From Malacoraja senta (Eukaryota), in contig CM075988.1 of the NCBI GenBank assembly GCA_038087875.1, forward strand, positions 16,184,001-16,248,000: a stretch of 64,000 nt of DNA, in the 5' to 3' direction. Below are positions 36,101-48,100 of this stretch, piece by piece; position 1 is the first letter of the stretch; each line of letters begins with the position of its first letter. The notes below the pieces were generated by a model, which saw only the letters and a list, made by a program, of their open reading frames with translations, made no database searches and was not told the origin of the DNA. A program made the position numbers and the translations under genes.

Positions 36101-39100
36101 CAATGTTGAGGAGTTTATTGTAACGTGTACAATGAAAAGCTTTTGTTGCGTGCTAACCAGTCAGCGGAAAGACAATACATGATTGCAATCAAACCATCCA
36201 CAGTGTACAGATACATGATAAAGTGAATAGCGCTTAGTGCAAGGTAAAATCCAATCAAAGATAGTCCAGGGGTCTCCAATGAGGGAAATACAGTAGTAGC
36301 TCAAGACTGCTCTTTAATGTTGCAATTATGTCACTAGTAACATACCACAATGTTGTCGACATTTCAAAGTTAATTGCCATCCTAGATTGCACATAACTTT
36401 GATCTCGTGAAGGGGAATATGGACAAAGACACTTTTCTCTTTGTCGATTCCGTGTCATGTTCAAAAGGGGCTAAGGGAATAAGACTAAATGACAAAAAAC
36501 TTTCACCCCTGCTCTAAATTACAATTAAAACACAAAGTACTTGTGCTATAACTCCAGGATAAGAGCCTAACTATCTAACTGAATATGCCAACATGCTAAG
36601 GACCAACAAAAACTCTGTATGCAAAAAACAGCCACCTACATGTTAGCTATCTCTTTAAAAAAAAAACTAATCATATCATATCATTGGGGGTCCCCAAGTA
36701 TATCATTGGGGTTATCAAGTGGACACCTCCCTTCACTGGTGTTTCATTGAGTTAGGCCCACAACAACTCGGGAAGGCTCAACAGTTGGTTCTGGCATCCC
36801 AGGACAACCCCCCTCTACATTAATAATGAAGCTTAACCTAGGAATAGCAATGATATAAATGTCTTTTTTTCCATTTCCCATATCCCCTCCTTTCGGATCT
36901 TTCTCAAAACCAATGATTGGCATGAAGATTCAAGATTCATGATTCAATTTAATTGTCACATGGACCAGGAAATTTCCCAATCAAAACCCCCTCCTGGCCT
37001 GTGTTCACTATTACTGGCCATTCTCTGTACTACCCCTCCACTCTTCCAGCTTTCTTCCCTCAACCCCACCCCCTGAAATCAGCCTGAAGAAGAGTCCCGA
37101 CCTGAAATAGCACCTGTCCATGTTCTAAAGGGACTGATCATGCATTTCCATTTTCATTTTTACACGCCAGTTATTCAAGTGAGGTGATCAAAAGCATTTG
37201 TTGACCACTGTTTTTGGAGTTCATGATGGTGAAAGGGAAACCATGAGAGTTTATAATTGACACAATCCTGCATTCCTGTTTGATGAGAAATATCAACGGT
37301 TCAATTCCTCCTTCAGTACGTTCGTGTGATGCCGGTTGGGGGTCAGTGCTATGAGGAAGGCCCCTTCTTCCCCACCACCAGCAGAAACTTTATCCGCACG
37401 GGTATGCGCAGGACCCAAGACCTGGAGTTCAAGCCCGATTGGCATCTCATTTCCAGCTTACTGGCGTCATCGGCAGCAACATTCAGTATCTGCACAGGAT
37501 TGATGGTGAGCTTCTGAAAATATGCCAGTGTTAACTTGTCCCACTGTTCTTGATCACTTCTCCCAGCTCGAGGTGATGGCGCTGTATTTCTGAGCCACGT
37601 TTCTTCCCTTGTCACATGGACTTATGAAGTGTACGTGTGCGATCCATTCTTGCACAGTCTGTATTTGGTCAGTCATCACAATGCCCCTATTCTATCTCTG
37701 CTGCAACCCAAAGCCTCAGGGAAAGGTCACATCAATGAGGGTTAAGGCGCAGCAGACGAAACATCCATTTGTGTGCATAACGGGTGCTCAATAGTCAGCA
37801 TGGCCTGGTGTGGTGCAGCGGTAGAGCTGCTGCCTTACAGCAAGAGACCCGGGTTCGATCCTGACTACGGGTATTGTCTGTACGCCGTTAGTACGTTCTA
37901 CCTGTGACCTGCGTGGGATTTCTCTGATTTCCTCCCACACTCCAAAGACGTACAGGTTTGTAGGTTAATTGGCTACAGTAAAATTGTAAATTGTCCCTAT
38001 GTGTGTAGGATAGTGCTAGTCTATGTGGTGATTGCTGGTTGGCGTGGACTCGGTGGGCCAAGGGGCCTGTTTCCGCACTGTATCTCTAAAGTCATAGACT
38101 TTGTGGGCTGTAGGGCCTATTTTCAATCTATGACTGAGGTAGAATATTATTACTCAGTCAGGAATTTCAGGAATCTCCTTCCCAGAGGGATGCAGATATT
38201 CCTTCACTGAGTATATTCAGTGCTAGTTCAATAGAATTTTTATACTTAACAAATCAAGAAATTAGATATAAACAGTGAGGTGGAAGATTATCCATAAATG
38301 GCAGAATGTGTGGCCTATTCTTTGCCTTTAGTTATAAATTTACGTTTTTACATTTCTGCTTTCAGGTTAAGGGTTCTGGGAGTTAAGGATTCTGGGAGTT
38401 AAGGATTCTGGGAGTTAAGGGTACAGTATTTATTAGTAAAGGTACAGTTTAAAGGATAAAGTTTTTTTTAAATATTTAATATAGTTAATTTGGGAGTAAG
38501 CTATGTCAGTGGAGATTGGCCCCGTGGTTTGCTCAGCCTGCAACATGTGGGAGATCAGGGATATGGTCGGTGTCCCTGGTGACTACGTTTGCAGGAAGTG
38601 TGTCCAGCTGCAGCTCCTGGCAGACCGCATTGAACGATTGGAGCTGCGGTTGGATTCATACTGGAGCATCCACGATGCTGAGAAAGTCGTGAATAGCACG
38701 TACAGCGAGTTGGTCACACCGCAGGTAAAAGGTAAGAGGGCAGAAAGGGAACGGGTGGCCAATAGCCAGCAAAGCAGTAGGCAGGTAGTGCAGGAGTCCC
38801 CTGCGGTCATCTCCCTCCTAAACAGGTATACCATTTTGGATACTGTTGGGGGAGATGGCTCATCAGGGGAAGGCAGCAGCAGCCAAGTTCATGGCACCAT
38901 GGGTGGCTCTGCGGCACAGGAGGGGGGGAAAAAGAGTGGAAGGGCAATAGTAATAGGGGATTCAATTGTAAGGGGAATAGATAGGCGTTTCTGCGGCCGC
39001 AAACGAGACCCCAGGATGGTATGTTGCCTCCCTGGTGCAAGGGTCAGGGATGTCACTGAATGGCTGCAGAACATTCTGGAGGGGGAGGGTGAACGGCCAG

Positions 39101-42100
39101 TTGTCGTGGTGCATATTGGCACCAAAGATATAGGTAAAAAAAGGGATGTGGTCCTACAAGGTGAATTTAGGGAGCTAGGAGATAAACTTAAAAGTAGGAC
39201 CTCAAAGGTAATAATCTCTGGATTACTACCAGTACCACGGGCCAGTAGAAATAGGAGGATATTGCAGATGAATACGTGGCTTGAAAAATGGTGCAAGGGG
39301 GAGGGATTCAAATTTTTAGGGCATTGGAACCAGTTTTGGGGGAGGTGGGACCAGTACAAACAGGACAGTCTGCACCTGGGCTGGAATGGAACCAATGTCC
39401 TTGGGGGAGTGTTTGCTAGTGCTGTCGGGGAGGATTTAAACTAATGTGGCAGGGGGGTGGGTGCAAGAGCAGAGAGGCAGGGGTGTAAAATGAGGGTAGA
39501 AGCAATAGGTAGCAAGGTGAAAGGTAAAAGTGGCAGGCAGACAAATCAAGGGCAAAAATCAAAAAGGGCCACTTTTCAACATAATTGTATAAGGGGTAAG
39601 AGTGTTGTAAAGACAAGCCTGAAGGCTTTGTATCTTAATGCAAGGAGCATTCGTAATAAGGTGGATGAGTTGAATGTGCAGATAGTTATTAATGAATATG
39701 ATATAGTTGGGATCACGGAGACATGGCTCCAGGGTGACCAAGGCTGGGAGCTGAACATTCAGGGATATTCAATATTCAGGAGGGATAGACAGAAAGGAAA
39801 AGGAGGCGGGGTAGCGTTGCTGGTTAGAGAGGAGATTAACGCAATAGAAAGGAAGGACATTAGCTTGGAGGATGTGGAATCGATATGGGTAGAGCTGCGA
39901 AACACTAACGGGCAGAAAACGCTAGTGGGAGTGGTGTACCAGCCACCTAACAGTAGTAGTGGAGTTGGGGATGGCATCAAACAGGAAATTAGAAATGCGT
40001 GCAACAAAGGTAAAACCATTATAATGGGTGACTTCAATCTACATATAGATTGGGTGAATCAAATTGGCAGGGGTGCTGAGGAAGAGGATTTCTTGGAATG
40101 TATGCGGGATAGTTTTCTAAACCAACATGTAGAAGAACCAACGAGAGAGCAGGCTATTCTAGACTGGATATTGAGTAATGAGGAAGGGTTAGTTAGCAGT
40201 CTTGTTGTGCGTGGCCCCTTGGGCAAGAGTGACCATAATATGGTTGAGTTCTTCATTAGGATGGAGAGTGACATTGTTAATTCAGAAACAAAGGTCCTGA
40301 ACTTAAAGAAAGGTGACTTTGAGGGTATGAGACGTGAATTGGCCTAGATAGACTGGCCAATGATTCTTAAAGGGTTGACAGTGGATATGCAATGGAAGGC
40401 ATTTAAAAACTGCATGGATGAACTACAACAAGTGTTCATCCCAGTTTGGCAAAAGAATAAATCAGGGAAGGTCGTGCATCCGTGGATAACAAGGGAAATC
40501 AGGGATAGTATCAAAACAAAAGAGGAAGCCTACAAATTAGCCAGAACAAGCAGCCTACCAGAGGACTGGGAGAAATTCAGAGTCCAGCAGAGGAGGACAA
40601 AAGGCTTAATTAGGGAAGGGAAAATAGATTATGAAAGAAAACTGGCAGGGAACATAAAAACTGACTGCAAACGTTTTTATAGATATGTCAAGAGGAAAAG
40701 ATTAGTTAAAACAAATGTAGGTCCCTTGCAGTCAGAAACAGGCGAATTGATCATGGGGAACAAGGACATGGCAGACCAATTGAATAATTACTTTGGTTCT
40801 ATCTTCACTAAGGAAGACATAAATAATCTGCTGGAAATAGCAAGGGACTGGGGGTTAAATGAAATGGAGGAACTGAGTGAAATCCAGGTTAGCCGGGAAG
40901 TGGTGTTAGCTAAATTGAATGGATTAAATGCCGATAAATCCCCAGGGCCGGATAAGTTGCATCCCAGAGTACTTAAGGAAGTAGCCGCAGAAATAGTGGA
41001 TGCATTAGTGATCATTTTTCAAAATTCTTTAGATTCTGGAGTAGTTCCTGAGGACTGGAGGGTAGCTAATGTAACCCCACTTTTTTAAAAAGGGAGGGAG
41101 AGAGAAAACGGGGAATTACAGACCAGTTAGTCTAACATCAGTGGTGGGGAAAATTCTGGAGTCAGTTATTAAAGATCGGATAGCAGCACATTTGGAAAGT
41201 GGTGAGTTCATTGGACAAAGTCAACATGGATTTATGAAAGGTAAATCATGTCTGACGAATCTTATAGAATTTTTCGAGGATGTAACTAGTAGAGTGGATA
41301 AGGGAGAACGAGTGGATGTGTTATATCTGGACTTTCAGAAGGCTTTCGACAAGGTCCCACATAAGAGATTAGCATACAAACTTAAAGCACATGGTATTGG
41401 GGGTTCAGCATTGATGTGGATAGAGAACTGGCTGGCAGACAGGAAGCAAAGAGTAGGAGTAAACGGGTCCTTTTCAGAATGGCAGGCAGTGACTAGTGGG
41501 GTACCGCAAGGCTCAGTGCTGGGACCCCATCTATTTACAATATATATTAATGATCTGGATGAGGGAATTGAATGCAACATCTCCAAGTTTGCGGATGACA
41601 CAAAGCTGGGGGGCAGTGTTAGCTGTGAGGAGGATGCTAGGAGGCTGCAAGGTGACTTGGAAAGGTTGGGTGAGTGGTCAAAGGCATGGCAGATGCAGTA
41701 TAATGTGGATAAATGTGAGGTTATCCACTTTGGTGGCAAAAACAGGAAAGTAGACTATTATCTGAATGGTGGCCGATTAGGAAAAAGGGAGATGCAACGA
41801 GACCTGGGTGTCATGGTACACCAGTCATTGAAAGTAGGCATGCAGGTGCAGCAGGCAGTGAAGAAAGCAAATGTATGCTAGCATTCATAGCAAAAGGATT
41901 TGAGTATAAGAGCAGGGAGGTTCTACTGCAGTTGTATAGGGTCTTGGTGAGACCACACCTGGAGTATTGCGTACAGTTTTGGTCTCCTAATCTGAGGAAA
42001 GACATTCTTGCCATAGAGGGAGCACAGAGAACATTCACCAGACTGATTCCTGGGATGGCAGGACTTTCATATGAGGAAAGACTGGATAGACTCGGCTTGT

Positions 42101-45100
42101 ACACGTTGGAATTCAGAAGACTGAGGGGGGATCTTATAGAAACTTACAAAATTCTTAAGGGGTTGGACAGGCTAGATGCAGGAAGATTATTCCCGATGTT
42201 GGGGAAGTCCAGAACTAGGGGTGACAGTTTAAGGATAAGAGGGAAGACTTTTAGGACCGAGATGAGGAAATCATTTTTTACACAGAAAGTGGTGAATCTG
42301 TGGAATTCTCTGCCACAGAAGGTAGTTGAGGCCAGTTCATTGGCTATATTTAAGAGGGAGTTAGATGTGGCCCTTGTGGCTAAAGCGATCAGGGGGTATG
42401 GAGAGAAGGCAGGGATGGGATACTGAGTTGGATGATCAGCCATGATCATATCAAATGGCGGTGCAGGCCCGAAGGGCCGAATGGCCTACTCCTGCACCTA
42501 TTTTCTATGTTTCTATGTTTCTAATGACGTTTTCCTGCAGTGGGCAGGTATACACTGAGTGGTTTAATGCAGAGCCACACGTCACAGCAGTGTCCAAGGT
42601 TCAGCTCTTGCATTCACAATTGGTAGCAGTATAACCTGATCTTACCCAGGTCAGTGGTTTGTTTGGGGCTGTGCCATTGGCTTTGATCATCCCTGCGTTC
42701 ATAGAAATATTGAGAAAGCAGGGTTCCAATCCCCACACTGCTGCACTAACTCTTTCAACAGGAGGATTCTCAACTCATGGTTCTACTGTGAGACACTGGA
42801 CTTCAACATAGGGCAGCACGGTGGTTGGTGCAGCTTGTAGAGCTGCTGCCTCCCACCACCAGAGACCCGGGATCAATCCTGACCTCGGGTGCTGCCTGCG
42901 TGGAGTTTGCCCGTTCTCCCTGTGACTGTGTGGGTTTCCTCCAGTTGCTCCAGTATCCTCCCACATCTCATAGATGTGTGGGTTTGTAGGTTAATTGGCC
43001 TCTATAAAATTGCCCCTAGTGTGTAGAAAGTGGATGGTAATGTGGGATAACATAGAACAAGTATGAACAGGTGATTAATGGTCGGGGTAGACTTGTTGGA
43101 CCAAACAGCCTGTTTCCATGCTCTGTTCCATGCTCATAAACTAAACCTAAAAAAATGCCTGCCTATAAATGTGGAGGGCAGGTAAGGAGTCCAGAGTGTT
43201 TAATTCTAATATGTCATTATTCTCTGGAGAGGATGGAAAGATAAAGGGGGCAAACTTAAGGACTAGAATAAATAATTTTTATTCAACACCTGCAGCTTTT
43301 CTTCAAGAAGTGCGGTTGGCCCAAGAAGGCAGTAGTTGCTCCAAGATACCAGTATCTCCAGAAGACATATAACTTTGACGATTACTCCTCGAAAGACGCT
43401 GCCATCATTGCTGTGAAAAAAGTTCACCGGAGTCTGCAGTTTGGAGAACAAACTGAGGAAAGAGCTGAAGATGGGGACAGGAAGGAAGGTGAGAGTTTCA
43501 AAAGCCAGGAAACTACTGCAGCTGCTGGAAGTCCGAGACAAAATCAGAAACACACAGCAGGTTAGGCAGCATCTGTCGAGATGGAAAACAGAGTCTAATA
43601 TTTCAAGCCAAAGACCATTCACCAGAATTACAACACCGACCAGAAACATTGATTCTGTTTCTGTCACCCCACCTGCCTGACCCGTTAAGTATTTCTAGCA
43701 TTTTCTGTTTTTGTCTCAAGTGAGTATCTTGGGGGGGGTTTACTCCACAAAATCAGAAATGGTCATGTGATAGGAGCAGAATTAGGCCATTCGGCCCATC
43801 GTCTACTCCGCCATTCAATTGTGGCTGATCTATCTCTCCCTCCTAACCCCATTCTCCTGCCTTCTCCCCATAACCTCTGACACCCGTACTAATCAAGAAT
43901 CTATCTCTGCCTTAAAAATATCCACAGATTCACCACCATCTGACTAAGGAAATTCCTCCTCATCTCCTTCCCAAAGGAACATCCTTTATTTCTGAGGCTA
44001 TGAACTCTTGTCCTAGATTCTCCCACTAGTGGAAACGCACTGCCCCATTTCCCCTTCCCCTCCTATCCCCCTCCACCTACATCCCTGCTTCTGGTTTCAC
44101 AATTATGCATCTTTGCTTACCTCACAGCCTCTTGTCTCCTTTTCATCTCTGGCCCTCTCACGTGTATCCACCTATCATTTGCTTGGCTCTGTTCCCCCCC
44201 CACCCCCCCCCCCCACACCTTTCTTCCAGCTTTCTCCCCCCACTACAATCAGTCTGAAGAAGGGTCTTGACCCGAAATGTTCCTTATCCATGTTCTCCAC
44301 AGATGCTGCCTGGCCCACTGAGTTACTCCAGTACTTAGTTTCTTTTTCTCTAGATTCCAGTATTCGCAGTTCCTTATGTCTATGGGTGAAATTTCTCTGA
44401 GATGATCGGTACATTTTACTATTTCCCAACTTTGCAGTTCTTGCTAACAAAAATGAAACTATTTTATTTACTATTTTAGATTCTACCTCAAAAAACCACG
44501 AGGATTATGATCAACAAATTGACCTGGAATTCTTTAACACCAACACTTTCTATCAAATTCTATTGAAACAATCGTTGGCGGTGTCAGTCCGATTAAGTCA
44601 ACACAAGAAGGAGGTAAGATTCAAGATTCTGAAAAATTATGAGGCATAGATAAGGTAGACAGTCAGAACCTTTTTCCCCACAGTGAAATGCCAAATACTA
44701 GAAGGAATAGCTTTAAGTTGGGAGGGGAAAAGTTTACAGGATATGTGCGGGGCAAGTTTTTGTACAGAGAGTGGTGAGTGCCTGGAACGTGCTGTCAGAT
44801 GTAAAGGTGGAGGTAGATACGGTAGTAGTGTTTAGGAAGCTTTTGGATAGGCACATAGATATGTAGGAAATAGATAGATATGGATACAGGTAGACAAAAG
44901 TGCTGGAGAAAAATGGATCTGATGGATACATGCAGGCAGAGGAGATTAGTATAACTTGGCTTAACTTGGGAACTATTTGGCATGTGTTTGACATTCTCCT
45001 TTGCAGGTTACCTGTCTAACGGTTTCTTAAATGTTGGGATAGTCCCTGCCTCACCCACCTCCTCTGGCATCTCGTTCAAATGCACCCACCACCCTTTGTG

Positions 45101-48100
45101 TGAAAAAATCACCCCTCAGATTCCTATTAAATATTTTCCCCTTCACCTTAAACCTATGTCCTCTGGTCCTCGATTCACCTGCTCTGGGAATCACCTACTC
45201 TGATGTTGATTGTGGGATAAATATTGACCAAGGCACTGGTGACATCTCCCCCATTCTTCAATGCAGGGAGCCTTCTACATCCACTCGAGACAGTAGGTAG
45301 GTCCTGGTTTGATGCCTATTTCAAAAGATGACCATTCTTGTACAACTCAGAGCCTCAGAGGAAACACCAGTGAACAGCCATCTAAAGTGCTTTAGGGAGA
45401 AAATAGGTCACATTGTTGGAAACAGTTAAAAATGTTTCGTAACTGTGTTCTATTTAGGTGAAGTTGTTCTATCAGAAGGTAACTCAAGTGACTGAGTCCC
45501 TCAGAGTCCTCTGGATGAAGGGAATGAACCTTGCTGGAAGGCGTGTAGTCAGCAGGGCAGGCATGGAGATGTACGAGAAGATGTGCAGCAAGGTGAATAT
45601 GTTGATTCTCTTCAATGTTTTTGGGTTGTTGGAGTTTTCGGAAGTTGGTACCAAATTGTGATGTCCTGTCCTTGCAATAACTGCATTCTGGAGTGGAGAA
45701 GAGGACAGGCCACGGAGAGATGGTTGGGCCCCGCTGCCAAAAATAAAGATGGACCCGGGGTGGGGGGATGGGGGGTGCCGAGAAAAAAACGGGGACCCAG
45801 CACGGGGTGGGGTGGAGGGTGTTGCCGAAGACAAAGGGAGACCAACGTGACTCTGAGGAGCACTATGTAACTTGCGTTGTTGCCAAAAGCATGGCAACTA
45901 TCTGCCTACTTTGTGTACCCAGGTTCACGTGACAATAAAGTATAATTTAATTATGCATTAACCCATTTTATAGCACTGGAAACGTTTGAGGATGATGAGT
46001 CTTAAAATGGGTGAAAAGATTCTTCATGTTGAATTAGGAATTACCTCTAAAGGACACAACCCCAAACAGGGGTTGCAACACATGACTATGTTTTAATCTT
46101 TGATGACAAGGGTTTGCATTTCTCAGTTTCCACACACTTGTAAATTTTTGTGGGTGGATAAAAAAGATGCAAGAGCTGCTTATTTATCCCCTCAGCGCAA
46201 ATCTTCATTTATAAATCATGTCCATTGGAGCTCCAGTGATGCAGGTGCTATTTACCAAGCCTATATTCTTGCCTTGAAGCATTGAAAACATAGGGGAAAT
46301 CTTCAACCAGAATATTGTAGTATAATTATTATATCCTGTACATTTTATATTTCATAGAAACATAGAAACATAGAAAATAGGTGCAGGAGGAGGCCATTCG
46401 GCCCTTCGAGCCAGCACCGCCATTCATTATGATCATGGCTGATCGTCCCCTATCAATAACCCGTGCCTGCCTTCTCCCCATATCCCTTGACTCCACTAGC
46501 CCCTAGAGCTCTTTCTAACTCTCTCTTAAATCCATCCAGTGATTTGGCCTCCACTGCCCTCTGTGGCAGGGAATTCCATAAATTCACAACTCTCTGGGCG
46601 AAAAAGTTTTTTCTCACAGTCAGTCTTAAATGACCTCCCCTTTATTTATTTAAGACTGAGGTGAGAAAAAACGTTTTCACCCAGAGAGTTGTGAATTTAT
46701 GGAATTCCCTGCTTTGATGATTTCATGATTTGGAGCCCTGACTGCATCTAAGTGCAACACACACAGCGATCTCCCCAGGGCATCTGCCAAGTTCAAAGCT
46801 TGTCCCTTCCTGCTTTGGGTCCCAAACTCCTCCCTAGACATGTTCTATGCTTCCAACACCCTTCCAGTGCTAGAGATCTCCCCAGGTATCGTCAGCTACT
46901 AAGCTCTTCCCTCAAATTTCCTTCAGTAACTTATAGATTTGGGTGTTTTTATATCCAAGCAAGTCTTCAATATATGGAAGTGAGAGGGGAAATATCTGCA
47001 AAACAAGCATTAAGTATGTAAATGCTGCAAGTATTAAATATACAACAGGCTCCAGTATGAAGTGCAGAGCTAATGTTTCAGGCAGAGATTAAATTAGCTT
47101 ACTTTTTTCACTGATACAGTTGTTTAATGTTGAAGCTATAAACATATGTTGGTATCAAAACTGCATGCCAAGTTGTGCTGGCTGACTTTCACTTCCAGTT
47201 TCAAGTCAGTTACTCCCATCAGAAAAGTATTTACGATTGTGCCTTTGATTCTGCTCAGTGGATTCTAACTTGCCACAGGAATAGAACAAGTTCTGCATAA
47301 CATTGAGAAAAATATCACAAATAAAGATTCTCATGGAGAAGATGTCCCCTGATCCCTCTCTACCTGCTTCTGAAATTACTCCCAGATCATTCTGGGGCAG
47401 CACAGTGGTGCTGCTGGTAAAATTGCTGCCTCATAGCACCAGAGACCCAGGTCCAATGCTGACCTTGGATGCTGTCTGAGTGGAGTTTGCATGTTCCCCC
47501 TGTGACCACATGGATTTCCTCCGGAAACGTTGTTTTCCTCCAACATCCCAAAGACTTGTGGGAATGTAGGTTAATTGGCCTCTGTAAATTTCCCTATGGT
47601 GCGCAGAAACTGGATGGGAAAGTGGAACTAGTGCAAACAGGTAATCAATGGCCGGCGTGGACTTGGTGAGCCAAAGGGCTGTTTCCATGCTGTATCTTTC
47701 AATTAATGATTCATCATAAACAGGGTTAATTTTAAACTAAACCTAACTAATTGATATTGAGCCACAGAACACACTACCATCCCCTGCAGAGAATGAAAAC
47801 TGATTTTGGAAAAATTGCATGGATTCACAAACCTGAATAGGGATGGAATTGAACATGTCGCTGATATATTGGCAAATTGCTTTTCCAGGTAAGGCAGGAG
47901 ATTAAGAGGCGGCAGGATGTTGGGCTGGAGTTTGAGGAGACTCTGGACAAGCAGCAGCAACTCCTCCAAGCTGACTGGAGTAGTCGAGAGGAGCATCACA
48001 TCAACTTCAATGTGGCCCTGAGAGAAGTGGTCCGAATATTGGAGGAACATGTGGATCATGAGGGAAAATCAACTATGGCGAACAGTCCAGTCTCTCAGTG

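Larger units (their letters stand above)
38366..42523 (+). mobile_element. Near-full-length CR1 LINE (intact ORF1; ORF2 APE+RT with stop and frameshifts) in intron 13
   Basis: ORF1 38503-39444; ORF2 pieces 39457-40347, 40360-41088, 41141-41881, 41875-42426 ([35 protein letters not shown]); (ttctatgt)n tail; 16-bp tandem repeat at the 5' end. Confidence 0.95.

Noticed and set aside
38366..38422. CRISPR-like or retron/prokaryotic RT system
   Set aside because: The repeat has no spacers, all RTs are eukaryotic non-LTR types, and the sequence is spliced vertebrate DNA
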